Shown piece after piece: positions 1 through 13,340 of a DNA stretch of 64,000 nt. Positions within the stretch are counted from its first letter, which is position 1; the number at the start of each line of letters is the position of its first letter. A program made the translations under genes and the position numbers. This DNA comes from Lama glama (taxonomy: Eukaryota), in the NCBI GenBank assembly GCA_028534125.1, contig CM052818.1:36024001-36088000 (forward strand). Reading direction: 5' to 3'. A model generated the notes under the pieces. It saw nothing but the letters and a program-made list of their open reading frames with translations. It did no database searches and was not told the DNA's origin.

Positions 1-559
1 AAAGAGAATGACACCACCAGTGAACTGGGGTCCCACCTTTCAAGCTGACTGATATTAAAAGACTATCCCACACGTCAAAGAATTTTTGTATCTATTAAAT
101 AAGAAATGATTTCAAATGCTTACTGTGAACACTAGCTTTCAAATTATATTAACCCCCTAAAGGCAATTACAAGTCAGGAAGAGTCCAGCACGAGATGCTC
201 TTAACATCTCCTTTTTGATTCTAAGGTGGAATCTGCACTTGATACAAAACTAGAGTGAGCCCACTCTTCCCCCTCAGAAGATGGTTCTCCTCATTTCTGG
301 GGAAAGAAATCACCCAGCTGCTTCAAAAGGAGAAGAGTACTGCAGCCGGGATTCATCCTGGGGCAGGCAGGCAGCAATGGGTAATGGAAGATTAAAGTTG
401 AGAACACAAACAGATTTATACTGCGTTTTTATGCCCAAGGCCATTATTAAAGCTCCAGGGGCCCAGGGCCGAATTTAATCTGCAAACTTGAGACCCAGCT
501 GTGGAAGCCAACTAGGGACTGGCTGAGGAAGGGAACTATGCGGCTATCTGGGGGAAGAA

Positions 560-820
560 TATTCTGTACTGGGGAAGACATCTGCAATTGGAGGCAGCTT
601 CTGGTTTCGAGGAAGTGCCTTCCTGGGTGTGGCTGAAGTTGGCAGTGGCAGCAGCTATCTCACCAGGCCAGTTCTGCAGTGTGGTTCTGAGAGTTGTTCC
701 TAGAACCTTAGCCTGTCTGTCCAGCCTTTCCAATATGTATGTGAGCTACCTAATAAATCCCTTTCTGTCTAAACTAGTTAGTATGGATTTTATTGCTGAA
801 ACCAAGAACCTGGCCCAATT
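560..820 (+). mobile_element. ERVL LTR fragment, LTR33-like
   Basis: 'ttctgcagtgtggttctgagagttgttcctagaaccttagcc...aataaatccctttctgtctaaactagttag...accaagaacc' resembles the 3' end of LTR33/LTR16-type LTRs, including the polyA signal. Confidence 0.65.
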
Positions 821-1514
821 TGAGTTGATTATAGAATCAGTCTCAGGGATTTCCTTTGTACTGTAGTATGTTATACTGCTTTATCTGATTTATCAGCTTT
901 ATATGAAATCTTTTGACTCCCCTGGCTACAAAAGATTAGGAAAAAATCAGCATATTTATCCTCCTCAATTTTTATTATACAATGTCCTGCTAGTCCTAAA
1001 GTCTCCAAGTTTCAGGAAGCTGTCTTTCCTAGAATTCCTGTGAATAGTCATAATCCTAAATACCAAATCTAGACTTCCTGGTGCCCAGTAGTCTGATTAC
1101 CACTCCCACACACAAACAGATCGTTTTTATGCTTGCCCTATAAGAAGGAAGAGCAGTGGGGGCGGCGAGGGGTTCTTCCACTGAAACTCAAACCTACTCT
1201 GGGTCCAGCCAATTACCCAGGCCCTGTTACGTCTCTCCCTGGGAGGATGAGAAGATCGAGGACTACTTGCCTCCTCTCTTCTTGCTGACCCCTGCCTGGC
1301 TTGTAGTTCCTCCAATAAAAATCTGATCTTTAAACCATACTGCATAATGTTGAGACATTTATTCTAAGCCCTGTTTCACCATGAGTGATGACCACAAAAG
1401 GACTCACCTTGCATTACAATGAAGGTCATTTCTCAGGATTAAAAAACCCCAGAAGTCATCAAAGAAGAGGTCTATAACTGCAACTTCATGAATAAAAAAA
1501 TCAACAGAGCAGTA

Positions 1515-2025
1515 ATTACCATAAGCAAACTCAAAAGACAAATGACAAACTGGGGGAAATATTTGTACCTCATATCACAAAAGGCTTATTTCCCTAATAG
1601 AAAGAGTTCTTGCAAATCAATAATACCAACACCCAGTAGGAAAATGGGCCAATAATATGGATAGAAAGTTTGTAGAAAAGGAAGTACAAAGGAAACACTG
1701 AGACAAATGATTCTTAAATATACAAAAAGTGAAATTATTTTAAAATATATTGAAACTCCATCTTGCACCTCTCAGAATGCCCCAGACCAAAATGTATGAT
1801 AGTCCATCTATTGACAAGAGTCTGGGGGAACAGGCACACTTACTGATGGGAGTATAAATTGGTACAACCTCTAGGCAATGTTCAAATGATAAATGCACAT
1901 CCCCTTTTAACCCATATTCTACTCTTAGGGATTTCCTCTACAGATACTCTTACATATATACAAACTGAATTATGTACATTGCAGTACTGTTTGTGACAGC
2001 AAAATGCTTTTACATCACCTAAAAA
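1515..2025 (+). mobile_element. Old L1 (L1ME-type) ORF2 3' fragment
   Basis: 'aaaagacaaatgacaaactgggggaaatatttg...aaaatgggcc...gggagtataaattggtacaacc' are typical decayed L1 ORF2-end motifs. Confidence 0.75.
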
Positions 2026-2956
2026 CAACAAGGTGAGTAAGAAACTTCATCTTTGAAGAAATGGCTAAGCTGCTTTTATCCTGAATCTTGATATATATGA
2101 AGGCAGGTTGTTTTCTACAGCAATAATCCAACCTGAGGTAGAAAGGAGATCCAGGCAGAGAGATTGATTGCATTGTGCAGAGCTGGCAGAACTCAGCTCG
2201 AACGAAAGTGGATTACTGAGGTGCAAAACCAACAATACTTTGCTTGCAACAAGGATTGGTGCAGGCCAGCTGTTGAAGTTTCCTCGGACACTTTTGGAGA
2301 CCACAGAAGAGCAGGGGCAGCAGATGAGGAAAGAAGGCTGCAGCCCTGTCACCATGGTGATGCCAGGTAGAGGAAGAGCTGTCAGTAATAAGCTGCCCTG
2401 CAGTTACTAACTTTTTCCTCTGAAGAGGAGGAAAGGCTAGACCAGCTCACACAAGCACACCTACAAACCCTACTGGTGTCGTAGGGGTTCAAGGACATGG
2501 TTGGCACCCTGCTCTGATCCCTTTCCCACAAGTATTTCAGCAAACAGGCTGTCTCAGCAGAGGTGTCTCAGAAGACACTATACATATTGACTTCTACGTG
2601 AACAGCGCCCCCTGGAGAGGATACAACATGAATGTTTGTCCTCCGGAAACAGTGTGTCAGCCTGCAGGAAAAAAGCACCCTTACTTAAAAAGTGGAAAAT
2701 AGTCAAAAGCGGAACAGCACAGCTCTTCACAAAAATACAAGCAAAGAGGAAGCAATCAAGAGCAAAAATCATTGGCAGATAAAGAATGACAGCAGAAAAT
2801 CATGACCAAATAAACCTCCATAAACTCTAGGAGCTAAAGAAAAAAATAACCTTTAGAAAAAAATAACATATATATAGCAAGCACTCAAAGCAGAGATATA
2901 AGGGTTTAAAAAAGAAATAACAAGACAACTGAAGTTAACAAATGAGCTAGCATTAA

Positions 2957-4385
2957 TTTTTTTTCTCTGAGGTAGAATTTATATCTAGTAGAGACTTAGC
3001 TGTGTAGCTTGATGAATTTATAAAAGGTAACCATACCTGTGTAACCACCATTTTGACAGAGATATGGAACACTACCAATATCCAAGAAGGCTCCTCCCTG
3101 CCCCACCCCCATCAGTCAAAGGTAATTGTTTTGACCACCGTCAACCACCTTCAATTAGTTGTGTCTAGTGTTGAGTGTCCTATGTATGAAAGCATACAGT
3201 AGGTACTCTTATATGTCTATGTTCTTTCACATTACATTATTTCTATGAGATTCATCCACATGGTTGTGAATAGCAGTAGTTCACTCTTTTGCAATATTAG
3301 TATCCCATTATATGAATGTTCAGCTATTTATCATTTATTATTTGAAATGTTTCCAGTTTTTAACTATTATGAAAAGAGCTGCTATGAATACCCTTGTACA
3401 TGTCTTTTGGGCAGACATAAACATTTATTTCTGTTGGGAACATACAAAGGAGTAGAATTTCTAGGTCATAAAGTACATGTACATTTAGCTTTGAAATCAT
3501 TAAAAAGTTTTCCAAAATGGCTGTGCTAATTTAAAACAGGAATACATTCTCTACATCCTAGCTCTACTTGGGATTGTCAGTTCTTTTAATTTTAGCCATT
3601 CTAGTAGAAGCGTCTCATTGTAATTTTAATTTACATTTCCCTGATGACTCATGTTTAGAAACTTTCCAAGTACTTATTTCTTGTGAAGTACCCATTCAAG
3701 TTGTTGCCCACTTTTTATCATATTGTCTTTTTCTTATTAATATGAAGGAGTTATTTGTCTATTAATATGTAGGAGTCATTTATCAGGTACACGTATACAA
3801 AGATTCTTTTCCCAGTCTGTATCTTGCCTTTTCACGCCAATGATGTCTCTTAATGAAAAATTATTAATTTTAATTGAGTCCAATTTATCAATATTTTCTT
3901 TGAGATGTAGTGCTTTTTGCAACCTGTTTAAGAAATCACTGCTTACATCAAAATCATTAAAATGTTCTTCCACATTCTTTTTAAGATTTATTATTTTAAC
4001 TTCCACATTTAGTTCTATGATCCATCTCAAATTAATCTTGGTCTGTGGAGAGAGATAAGGGGTCAAGCTTCATTTTTTTCCTATAGGGGTAGCCAATTTT
4101 CCTAGCACCATTATTCAAAAACATTTTTTCCCCTGAATTGAGTTTATAAAAGATCAGTGAACTGTACACGTGTGGGTCTGTCTCTGGACTTCTTTTCCTT
4201 GATCCATTTGTCTCTCCTAGCACCTGCACCACACTATACACTATCTTATTTTAACTTTATAAGAAATCTAGTGCTTAGAAGTGGAAGTCCTCCATCTTTA
4301 TTCTTCTTCTTCAAGATTGCCACTTTCAGGATTGTTCTAGGTTCTTAGATTTCCAGATAAATTTTAGAATTGACTTGTGAGTTTA
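2957..4385 (-). mobile_element. Old L1 (L1MC/ME-type) 3' end with ORF2 remnant
   Basis: T-rich tail at ~2957; minus ORF 3776-4066 (PYLSPQTKINLRWIIELNV...KENIDKLDSIKINNF...VKRQDTDWEK) and ORF 4032-4241 match the L1 ORF2p C-terminal region. Confidence 0.9.
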
Positions 4386-5951
4386 ACTTGGTGTACTTCT
4401 AACCCAGATGTTGGTGAAATCTATGTTTGATTAGTCCTTATACCTTATATATACTTTATAATTTCATGGATAAAATATCACATAAAAGTTAATTTTTTAA
4501 ATCAATTGAAATAATTCAGGAAAGCAGAAGGAGGGAAAAAGCATTTACCATCATAGAAGAGGATCACAATAAGAGTGACAGAGAAACAATGAACTCTTGA
4601 AAACCTGTAAAGAATGCAGAAGAAAGGCTTGAGGGAAAAAAAGCAAAACAAATGAAAATGAACATTTTGAACTATGAACAAGAATATGTCCCAATAAAGT
4701 TACTGGACTTTAATGATAAAGAAAAAAGTACTTTGAGCATTCATGCAAAATTATCAACTCATCTCTAAACCAATAGTTTTATGGTAGCCTAGCCTATACA
4801 CTAGTGAATGAATTGTTACACAATTTTTATGGCAGTCATATTCATAATACAGTATTGGAAACAGTATTACTTTAAAAAAACACCTGTGATGATAGGCTGA
4901 TACACAGTTTCTGCATCTGAGAGAAAGAGATACTATATGATAATGTAATTCTTTGAAAGCAAAGTTAAAAAACAAGAAAACTAACACGTTATGAAGTTTT
5001 TATTAAACATCACTCATCTTATGCTTATGTAGGGAGAGGCTAGCCACTTCAATACAAGTCTTGCACACAATGAATATTTAGGTGATGATGATGATGACAC
5101 AAAGATGTCTCAAATGGTTCTTACCATACAATTATTAGATTTTCACATGAAGACACTCACACACATACACAGTAGATAATTTTATTAACTGTATGGCATG
5201 ATGATTGTTTACTCTTCATTAAGTGGACGTGGATCATCATAAAGGTCTTCATCCTTGTCATCTTCATGTTGAGTAGGCTGAGGAGGATGGTGATGAGGAG
5301 GGGTTGGACTTGCTGTCTCAGGGATGGCAGAGGCAGAAGAGGTGGAGGAGGTAGAAGGGGAGGTGGGAGAGACAGGCACATTCATTATAACTTTATAGAA
5401 ATACATCATAATTTCTGTCTGACTTTTTTTGCTTTTTCATTTCTCTTAAAATGTTTCTATACGGTGCCAATCCTTCTTCCATCATTTGCTTTAGTTTCAG
5501 TGCCCATATCATAGGAGGGTCCATGTCGTAAAAGAAGTCAAAAGCAGTCTTGAATAATCAAAACCCTTCTGCCAGACTGTTTAATGTCAATTTACTTTCT
5601 GGCACTGCTTCTTCTACATCTTCGTCCTCATTGTCTGGCACTGGTTCTGAAGCACTCATCTCCTTCAGGTCATCTTCTGTCAATTCATCCGGTATTATGT
5701 CTATTAGCTCTTGAATTTCTCCAAGGTCCATATCCTGAAACCCTTCACCTCCCACCTTTGTTGCCACATCTACAATCTCTTTCATGATTTCTTTGATTGG
5801 CTCTATCATAAATCCTGTGCATGCACATCTGGATACAGTTTTCTCCAGCAGGAATTTATTATTTCAGGCTTGATAGCTTTCATGGCTTTTTTCTAACAAT
5901 AATGGCATCTTCAGTGGTGTAATCCTTTCAGACTTTCATGATCTTCTCTCT

Positions 5952-6451
5952 NNNNNNNNNNNNNNNNNNNNNNNNNNNNNNNNNNNNNNNNNNNNNNNNN
6001 NNNNNNNNNNNNNNNNNNNNNNNNNNNNNNNNNNNNNNNNNNNNNNNNNNNNNNNNNNNNNNNNNNNNNNNNNNNNNNNNNNNNNNNNNNNNNNNNNNNN
6101 NNNNNNNNNNNNNNNNNNNNNNNNNNNNNNNNNNNNNNNNNNNNNNNNNNNNNNNNNNNNNNNNNNNNNNNNNNNNNNNNNNNNNNNNNNNNNNNNNNNN
6201 NNNNNNNNNNNNNNNNNNNNNNNNNNNNNNNNNNNNNNNNNNNNNNNNNNNNNNNNNNNNNNNNNNNNNNNNNNNNNNNNNNNNNNNNNNNNNNNNNNNN
6301 NNNNNNNNNNNNNNNNNNNNNNNNNNNNNNNNNNNNNNNNNNNNNNNNNNNNNNNNNNNNNNNNNNNNNNNNNNNNNNNNNNNNNNNNNNNNNNNNNNNN
6401 NNNNNNNNNNNNNNNNNNNNNNNNNNNNNNNNNNNNNNNNNNNNNNNNNNN
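5952..6451. other. Assembly gap (500 N)
   Basis: Run of exactly 500 N. Confidence 1.
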
Positions 6452-6625
6452 GGGGGAGGGTATACCTCAAAGTGGTAGAGCACATGCTTAGCATGCACAA
6501 GGTCCTGGGTTCAATCCCCAGTACCTCCTTTAAAAAGTAAATAAATAAACAAACCTAAGTACATCCCTCCCCCCGCAAACAAAATAAATAAATAAATAAA
6601 CCTAATTTTTAAAAAAAGAAGAAAA
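6452..6625 (+). mobile_element. tRNA-derived SINE, vic-1-type (camelid)
   Basis: ggggagggtatacctcaaagtggtagagcacatgcttagcatgcacaaggtcctgggttcaatcccc: tRNA(Ala)-like head with A box and B box (ggttcaatccc), then an (AAAT)n/A-rich tail. Confidence 0.9.
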
Positions 6626-7237
6626 AATCCACATATAAGTGGACCCAAGCAGTTCGAGCCTGTGTTGTTCAAGGGTGAACTATAGTTCCTTTCTGGAAGT
6701 AGTTCAGGATCACCTTTAGCCAACCAAGAGAGGATGGAGAATTTGAGGAGGTGCATTCATTAGATAAGAGCATAACACAAAGAAACTTGTTGAAGACTCT
6801 TGACAAAAGTTGATAGCAAAACTTGTCAAAGGGCATCACCAAAATAAGAAGGCCATGGCTCTGCACTGAGAGAATACAGAGCAAACTGTCTGGACTGTCC
6901 TTAACTGGAGAAGCAGCCAAGCCTCAGATAGGTTATAGGGCCAGGAGGAACCACAGGGAGGGTGAATGGCCCAGGAAGTACCATTAGGCCCCATCTAGCT
7001 GAGAGAACCAGATCACAAGACACAGACCCCAGACTTCAGCTGTGAAAACAAAGAGGCATAGAGCACCCAGGCATCCTTGAGATCAGCCGATAACAGACAG
7101 CATCTCTGAAGCACAGAGCCAGGAAGTCCCTTCCCCCAACACCATAGGGGAGAAACAATAGCTCCCTCCCTCTACAAATCAAGACAAGGTGCAGGAAGAG
7201 CAAGAGGGCACAGAGGACTTTTATCCAGTGAAACACT

Positions 7238-7468
7238 AATGTGTATCAGTGCTGAGTGTGTGCTAAGCATAGTTAGAAGTTCTTTATAAGTATTCATTTC
7301 ACCTTCACAACTCTAAGAGGTAAATATTATTTTTACTCCTATTTTAGAGATGCAGAAACTAAGGCACAGAGAGGTCAAGTAGCATGTCTCAGGCCACACA
7401 GCAAATAGTCGAGTTGAAACATTAATACAGACAGTCCCACTCCAGAGCCCATGCTCAAACCACTACAT
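7238..7468 (-). mobile_element. MIR SINE
   Basis: 'attttagagatgcagaaactaaggcacagagaggtcaagtagcatgtctcaggccacacagc...ctccagagcccatgctcaaaccacta' is the reverse-complement MIR core and head. Confidence 0.85.
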
Positions 7469-7499
7469 AAACGGATTATTTAAATCAGTCAACAAAGAT

Positions 7500-7885
7500 A
7501 AACCTGAATCTTTATAAATATGGAACTGGTGAAGTAAATTATGTTACAGTCACTTGAAGAAATTTAATGTAGACATTACAAAGAAAGAGGCAGCTTTACA
7601 GGTGCTGATATGGAATGATTTACAAGATATATTAAGTGGAAAGAGCTGGAAACAGAAAAGTATGTTATATGCTATCTTTATAAATGAAAGGTAAACACAT
7701 ATGCTTGTATCTGCATAGATACTTCTTCTGGAAATATACTCCAGAACTCACAACACTTGTCACCTTTGGAGGGAAGCACCAGGAATCCAAGTGATAAGGG
7801 TTGAGAAGAAACCTGCTTTTCATGCTTTTCCCCATTATGCCTTTTGAATTTTGTACTACGTGCACATGTTACCTAATCAAAAACA
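7500..7885 (+). mobile_element. L1ME-type 3' UTR fragment
   Basis: 'tgctgatatggaatgatttacaagatatattaagtggaaag...ttttgaattttgtactacgtgcacatgttacctaatcaaaa'. Confidence 0.7.
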
Positions 7886-10129
7886 TGTGACTTACATAAA
7901 CAGATATAAAGAAAGCTGAGGGGCCTCCCAGGGACATGCAATGACAAAGGCCATTGCACCAATTTGACTGATGCCCTCTGGCAGGAAGAAATTTTCGCCA
8001 GAGAGAACTCTGTAAGTAAAAGGAATTTCCTTCAGAGGAAAAAGAGAAAACATGACAAGATGTTTAACTGGGAGGTTTGACTGATGCACCAAGTTTCGAT
8101 AGATTTCAGATTCCAAGGTGAGGTGTGAGGCCATGTAGCAAGTGCCAGGAACAGATGAAACAAGGAACCCACACTGAGGCCCTGAAGTGTTGAGAGAGGA
8201 GAGACGGAGAACTCTGCAAGGAGGGTTCCTCTGGAGACAGCTTCGAAACCTTCTCCTCCAAAGTAGAGGAGCTTCAGCAGAACACCCTGTGCTCTCCGTG
8301 CAGGGTTGTTTATGGGCACCTATAACTGAGAATGCTAATGAGGATACAGAGGCTGCCCCACCCCTAGAGCACGAGCAGGCCCCCTCCTGCTGTCCAGAGG
8401 TCATTTTCAATGGGTCCTGCCCTCCAGGGCAGCTTGCTGGGGTGAGGGGACAGAGGTAAAAGCAGACCAGCAGGAGTGGATGCCAAGAGGAGAGCAGATG
8501 CAACCAACTGAGGGAAAGGATACTTCTCAGGTCAAAGGATTGGCAGTGAAGGCCCAGGAGCAAGATGCCTGAAGGACCATGAGAGTGGACACCGGTAGGC
8601 CCAGACAGGGGAAGCCAGCCAGTACCCAGTAGCCAGCAAATCAGTACTTTCTGCCGGCCACTTCTTCCCTTCCTCCACGCCCATCTCTGGCTCCTGGCTC
8701 CTCATAAACAGCATCCAGCTGGGGGGAGGCACCATGAGCCGAGAGAACCTCTTTCCCCCTCTCGCCCTGCCTGGATCAAAGGCTTCCACCTGCCTTTGAA
8801 GGAAGGGACACGCTTTAATTACTAGGTAGAGATTGATTGTGACTTAAAACCACCATCAGGACTTTTATTACCTGAGAGTGAGCAGAATGTGATGGAAGCG
8901 CTGGAGTCTTCACCCAGAGGGAAAGTAAGGGCTTCCCTCCCAAAAAGAGCTTTAAAAGGAGAGTAGGAGATAAAAAATAAATTCCTTCTATGGTCACAAA
9001 GCACAAGTCCTTCTTGTTCAATGAGGCGGTTAAACAAAAGGATTAGTTAACAAGAGTGTATTCAAAGACCCGAATTTAGTATGTGAATTTTTTCATTATT
9101 TTTCATTCTAATTATGAATGACTAGATCTTATCATGAATGACTAGACAGATCTATTAATATACATTAAATGTAGACATTGATCAAGATATGTGTAGACAT
9201 CAAGAGAAAGAATTAACAGGCTACTAATATGTATGACTTCTATCAATTACCCACACTTGAAGAAAGTCACATATAATGACAGAGTACACAAAATGTTTAG
9301 TATCAATATGGAAATTAAAATCAAAGGCAGTGACCACTGCTCACCTGGTTCAAGCTCATAATGGATGACTTAATTATACCCTATGTCCATCATTCTACAT
9401 GTAAGGAGGGACTGAGTCACTCTGCTCTATTTCTACCTCCTTCCTCCAGGAGTTGCTCTCTTAAACATTCTATAAATTTCTTTATCCAAATAAATTAAGT
9501 CAAGTTTTCTGTGCCCCCATTTTTAGCGCACAAGCTGTCTTCTACTGTATTGGGGGCCAAATAACACATTTCATTTCTCCATGTCATCTGAAAATAAAAT
9601 ACTTTTTAATTTTATTACATCACACCTCTTTGCATCCTGAAATATAGAGATCTCTGTTGAACATTATGTACGCAGTTGGGAGATAGATCAAAACTGGAAA
9701 CTTATTCCTCATTTTAGTATGATGTAATATTCTTGGAAAGGTACAGCAGGAAGCACCCAGAAGTGACTTTACATCTTTCCACGTGCTTGAAATGAACTGA
9801 TGGGTATTCACATGTATTATGAGAGAGGCCCAGGTTAGCTATATTATAGATAATAAAACATTAACTTTTAATCCTGGTAGATTATTCAAAGACTACACAG
9901 TTAATTGCACAGACGTGACTTTTATTTTTGTTTCCAAACAATACACCTCTGATTCTTTTGCAAAGTATGACAATATCCTAAAACAAAACCTAATTTTGGA
10001 AGTTTGGTTCTCCTGGAGTAGAATTTTATATATGCAATATTCTCCCAATGGTTGACAAAGGCTTATGTGTGTTGTGGAGCGGGTGCAGTCCTTATGTGAT
10101 GTTTCTGTGGCCATCGAGCTTCCTAAAGT

Positions 10130-11470
10130 TTTATAATCTGCATGACAGACAAGGACTAATTTTTTTTATATATCAAGAGTCCCTACTTGATATGAATAAG
10201 AAGGCTAATCCACAGTAGAAAAATGGGCCAAAAAAGAAAAGGTTTGGATCTTTCCCAGAAAAGGATATCTAAATGGACTTATACAAATGGTAAGATGCTC
10301 AGCTTCATCATAGGAAGAGAAATATAATTTTAAATGATAATACAATACCACTCTCACCTACAGATTAAAAAAGATCAAAAAGTACGATGACACATCTGAA
10401 TTGAGAAGGTTTCAGAAAAGCAGGTACACACACCCAAGTGACTTTCTCAAGAGAGCTATTTGGCAATATCTATCAAAAGGAAGGTATGCATTAGTCAAAA
10501 CTTGCAGAAATGTATACTAAAAAGGGGAAAATGTGCTGTATATAAATTACACCTTATTTTTTTAATGAAAAAAGTTAATGTCAGTCCCCTCACAAGAAAT
10601 TCTATATTGCCTTTAAAGAGAATGAGATTGTTCTATAGTGACAGGCAATAAATTATAAAATCATCAAAATCTAAAATAATCAAAAAGCAGGGTGTAGAAT
10701 GGTGTGTGTCATATACTCCTCTCAAGCAAAGACAAGTGACATGTACTTATTCACATATGTATGTTTGTATGTGCTTATAATCTCTAGATGTGTACATACA
10801 AACAGTGGCTACCTATGGGGAGGGGCCTAGAAGCCAAGGGGTCAAGGGGAGATACTTTCTCACTGTATGTAATTTCATATCACTTGATTTTGTTCTTTTT
10901 AACGTGTGTATATATTACCTTTTCAAGTTTAACAAAACTTTTAAAAGTAGGGGAAAATACAAACATAGATGCCCTTGACCCAAAAACTTCACTTCTAGAG
11001 ATTTATTCCAAAGATACAAGCACCACAGGCAGACTGACATTTATTCAAGCTTGTTCACTGTAGCCTTGCTTGTAAGAGCCAAAGATTGGGAACAGTCTAG
11101 TTGTCTACCAGTAGGACACTGGTAAAATCATGGTATCATGAAGTTGTGGACTACTTAGAGGCTATAAAAAAGACAAAGGAAGTTCGTTATGTACCAAAAT
11201 GGAAGTGGGTCCAAGATACCTTAAGTGAAAAAAGCAAGGTGCAGAGTGCTACATATACCATTTTTGACATAAAAGGAGAAGAGAATATTTACATGTATTT
11301 GCTTAAATGTGCATAAAATCACCCTGAGAAGACATGTCAAAACCATAAAATAGGTTGCTTCTAGGAAAGAGAACAGGGCATCTGGGAAACAGGGGTGGAA
11401 GGGAAAGTTTTCACAAATATTCATGCTCTTTGAATTTGGAGCCATAATAAGAATTACCTATTAACATAAA
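10130..11470 (+). mobile_element. Cluster of L1ME-type 3' fragments
   Basis: 'agtagaaaaatgggcc', 'aagatgctcagcttcatc', 'cttgacccaaaaacttcacttctagagatttattcc', 'ccaagataccttaagtgaaaaaagcaaggtgcagag'. Confidence 0.7.
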
Positions 11471-12364
11471 TTCCAGATTTCTCTGCAGAAGTGTTACGAA
11501 TATAGTCGTGTGATAATACAGCAGAGGAGCCACGATGAAGACAACCTTCTTTTAGCACAATCATTGTGTCCTTCACCACAATAAAGAAACAGAATCTGCC
11601 TCACTGTTTCTTTCGTGTGTGAAAATGAACTGAGTTGTTTCTAGGGAACACTCCAGGTAGACAAACTGGCTGGCCACCGTACTACAATCATCGCGGCCAA
11701 TTACAAAAGGTTTCTTGCCGTTTGACAAGGATGTGGACACCTAGGGTAGAGAAAGCAAAGGTCACCAGAGGGAAAGCTAGAGGCACTGATTAAGGAGTGA
11801 TGCTTTTCTGAAGGGAGCGGTTTCTTCACAGTGATCTCCATCTCCAGGCACAAACAGCTGTCAGCCAAGCACAGAGATTGTGGTCACACAGCCAGATCAG
11901 CCCATTGTGATATTTCCCAGGATGGTGTGGTTTGAGCAAAAAAAAATAGCCAGAGAAATTCAAGCACCACAATAGAACACCATCACTTTTATAATTAAAG
12001 GCTTATGTGTAACAATAATTTGTCAATATTTCTAAATATCTCCAAGACTATTTTATTCCATGATAATGAGAAGTAACTTGGATTCAAAAAGGAAACAAAT
12101 GTACATGCTCAGACTTGAGGAAAATAATCCCAGAGCACGTTGGATAATAATGATTAGAATATATTAAGTATATAAAATGGAGAATGCTAATTTAAATTCT
12201 ATATTATATGTTTGAGTGGACATTATTATTTGGAGAAAAGACTGTAAAAATATTGGACATCGTAAGTTATAAATCCATTTATTTCCTATCAAGTATTTTC
12301 CATATTAATTTTTATGACATATTTCTGAGAATAATTTTGGTCATAAGAGATTCTGAGCCTTGTT

Positions 12365-12870
12365 ATAAGTTAAATCTCTTTTGATAGCAAGTGAGAGAAG
12401 ATCTGATCCAGACAGTGGCTTAAACAAAACAGGAACTCACTTGATTATGTAACTGAACAGTCCAGGAACAGGGCTTGCTGCTATGCTGCTATCTTGGATT
12501 CAAGGCTGGAAAGTATCACCAGGGTGTCTCTCTCTCTCTTTCACAGCTCCGTTCTCATGCTGATTCCCATTCAAGATGTCAACATGGCTACAGCAACTCT
12601 GGGCCTTACATTATAGGTAAAAATCTAGCAGGACAGAGAACGAATCTCTCTCCCAGAAGTCCCAGCAAAAATATCATGACTTCTTATTGATTCTGAATCA
12701 GTCTGGCCAGGGGAATGCAACATTTGGATTGATTTAGGTCACAAGTTCTGTGCCTGAGCCAGGGGTGAAGCCCCAACCAAACCAACCACACTGGGGAGGC
12801 AGGGATTTCCACAGATGGGAACGAGAGTACAGTTACCAGCAGAAGGGTGGCTGCATGGTGGGCAGTGAAG
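12365..12870 (-). mobile_element. MLT1-type (MaLR) LTR, old subfamily
   Basis: 'gatagcaagtgagagaag...ggcttaaacaaaacaggaa...gattatgtaactgaacagtccagg...tctggccaggggaatgcaacatttggattg' typical of MLT1J/K/L read in reverse. Confidence 0.7.
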
Positions 12871-13049
12871 AGAACAGCTGTCAGTAAACAGCTGTAGCCT
12901 GAGATAATTGGCGTGCAATGAAAATCCACTTTGTGTGTGCCTCCCTTTCTGGGTAGAAAGGGAGGCACACACAAAGAAAGAAGGTGAAAAATAGGAGATG
13001 TTTACATCCATCACTGGACATTAATACTTTAAATTCAAAAGTCAATGTT

Positions 13050-13332
13050 AAACATACTAAAGGCACAGTAAACAAACTTATGGTTACAGGGAGGAGGGGG
13101 GAAGGGAGGAAGGGATAAACTGGGAGTTTAAGATTTGCAGATACAAACTACTGTATATAAAATAGATTTAAAAGTTTCTTTTGTATAGCGCAGGGAACTA
13201 CATTCAGTATCTTGTAGTAACCTATAATGAAAAAGAATATGAAAACAAATAAATGTATGCATGTGTATAACTGAAACATGCTGTACACCAGCAATTGACA
13301 CACTGTAAATTGACTATACTTCAATTAAAAAA
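13050..13332 (+). mobile_element. Young cetartiodactyl/camelid L1 3' end, 5'-truncated, with 13-bp TSD
   Basis: 'aaacaaacttatggttac...gggataaactgggagtt...gtaaattgactatacttcaatt' plus polyA; TSD aaaagtcaatgtt at 13037-13049 and 13333-13345. Confidence 0.9.
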
Positions 13333-13340
13333 AAAAGTCA

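Larger units (their letters stand above)
4765..6681 (-). mobile_element. Tigger2-family (Tigger2f-like) pogo DNA transposon, 3'-truncated, interrupted by a gap and a SINE
   Basis: 6625-6681 is the reverse complement of the Tigger2 terminus (cagttgacccttgaacaacac...gggtccacttatatgtggatttt) followed by TA; minus ORF 5558-5809 (EPIKEIMKEIVD..KVGGEGFQDMDLGEIQELID..ELTEDDL) and ORF 5209-5409 (..QPTQHEDDKDEDLYDDP) resemble the transposase C-terminus. Confidence 0.85.

Noticed and set aside
5558..5809. Domesticated TIGD-type gene
   Set aside because: The frame is broken by stops and frameshifts around it and is associated with a TIR; it is a fossil transposon.
6452..6525. tRNA gene (also 25952-26025)
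   Set aside because: tRNA-like head followed by an A-rich tail, with a TSD in the second copy and degenerate stems; these are SINEs, not tRNA genes.
5911..6540. 190-200 aa ORFs
   Set aside because: Artefacts of translating through the 500-N gap.
7892..8563. 223-aa minus-strand ORF, the longest in the window
   Set aside because: Non-ATG start, Ser/Leu/Cys-rich composition, no recognisable domain and no convincing splice signals.
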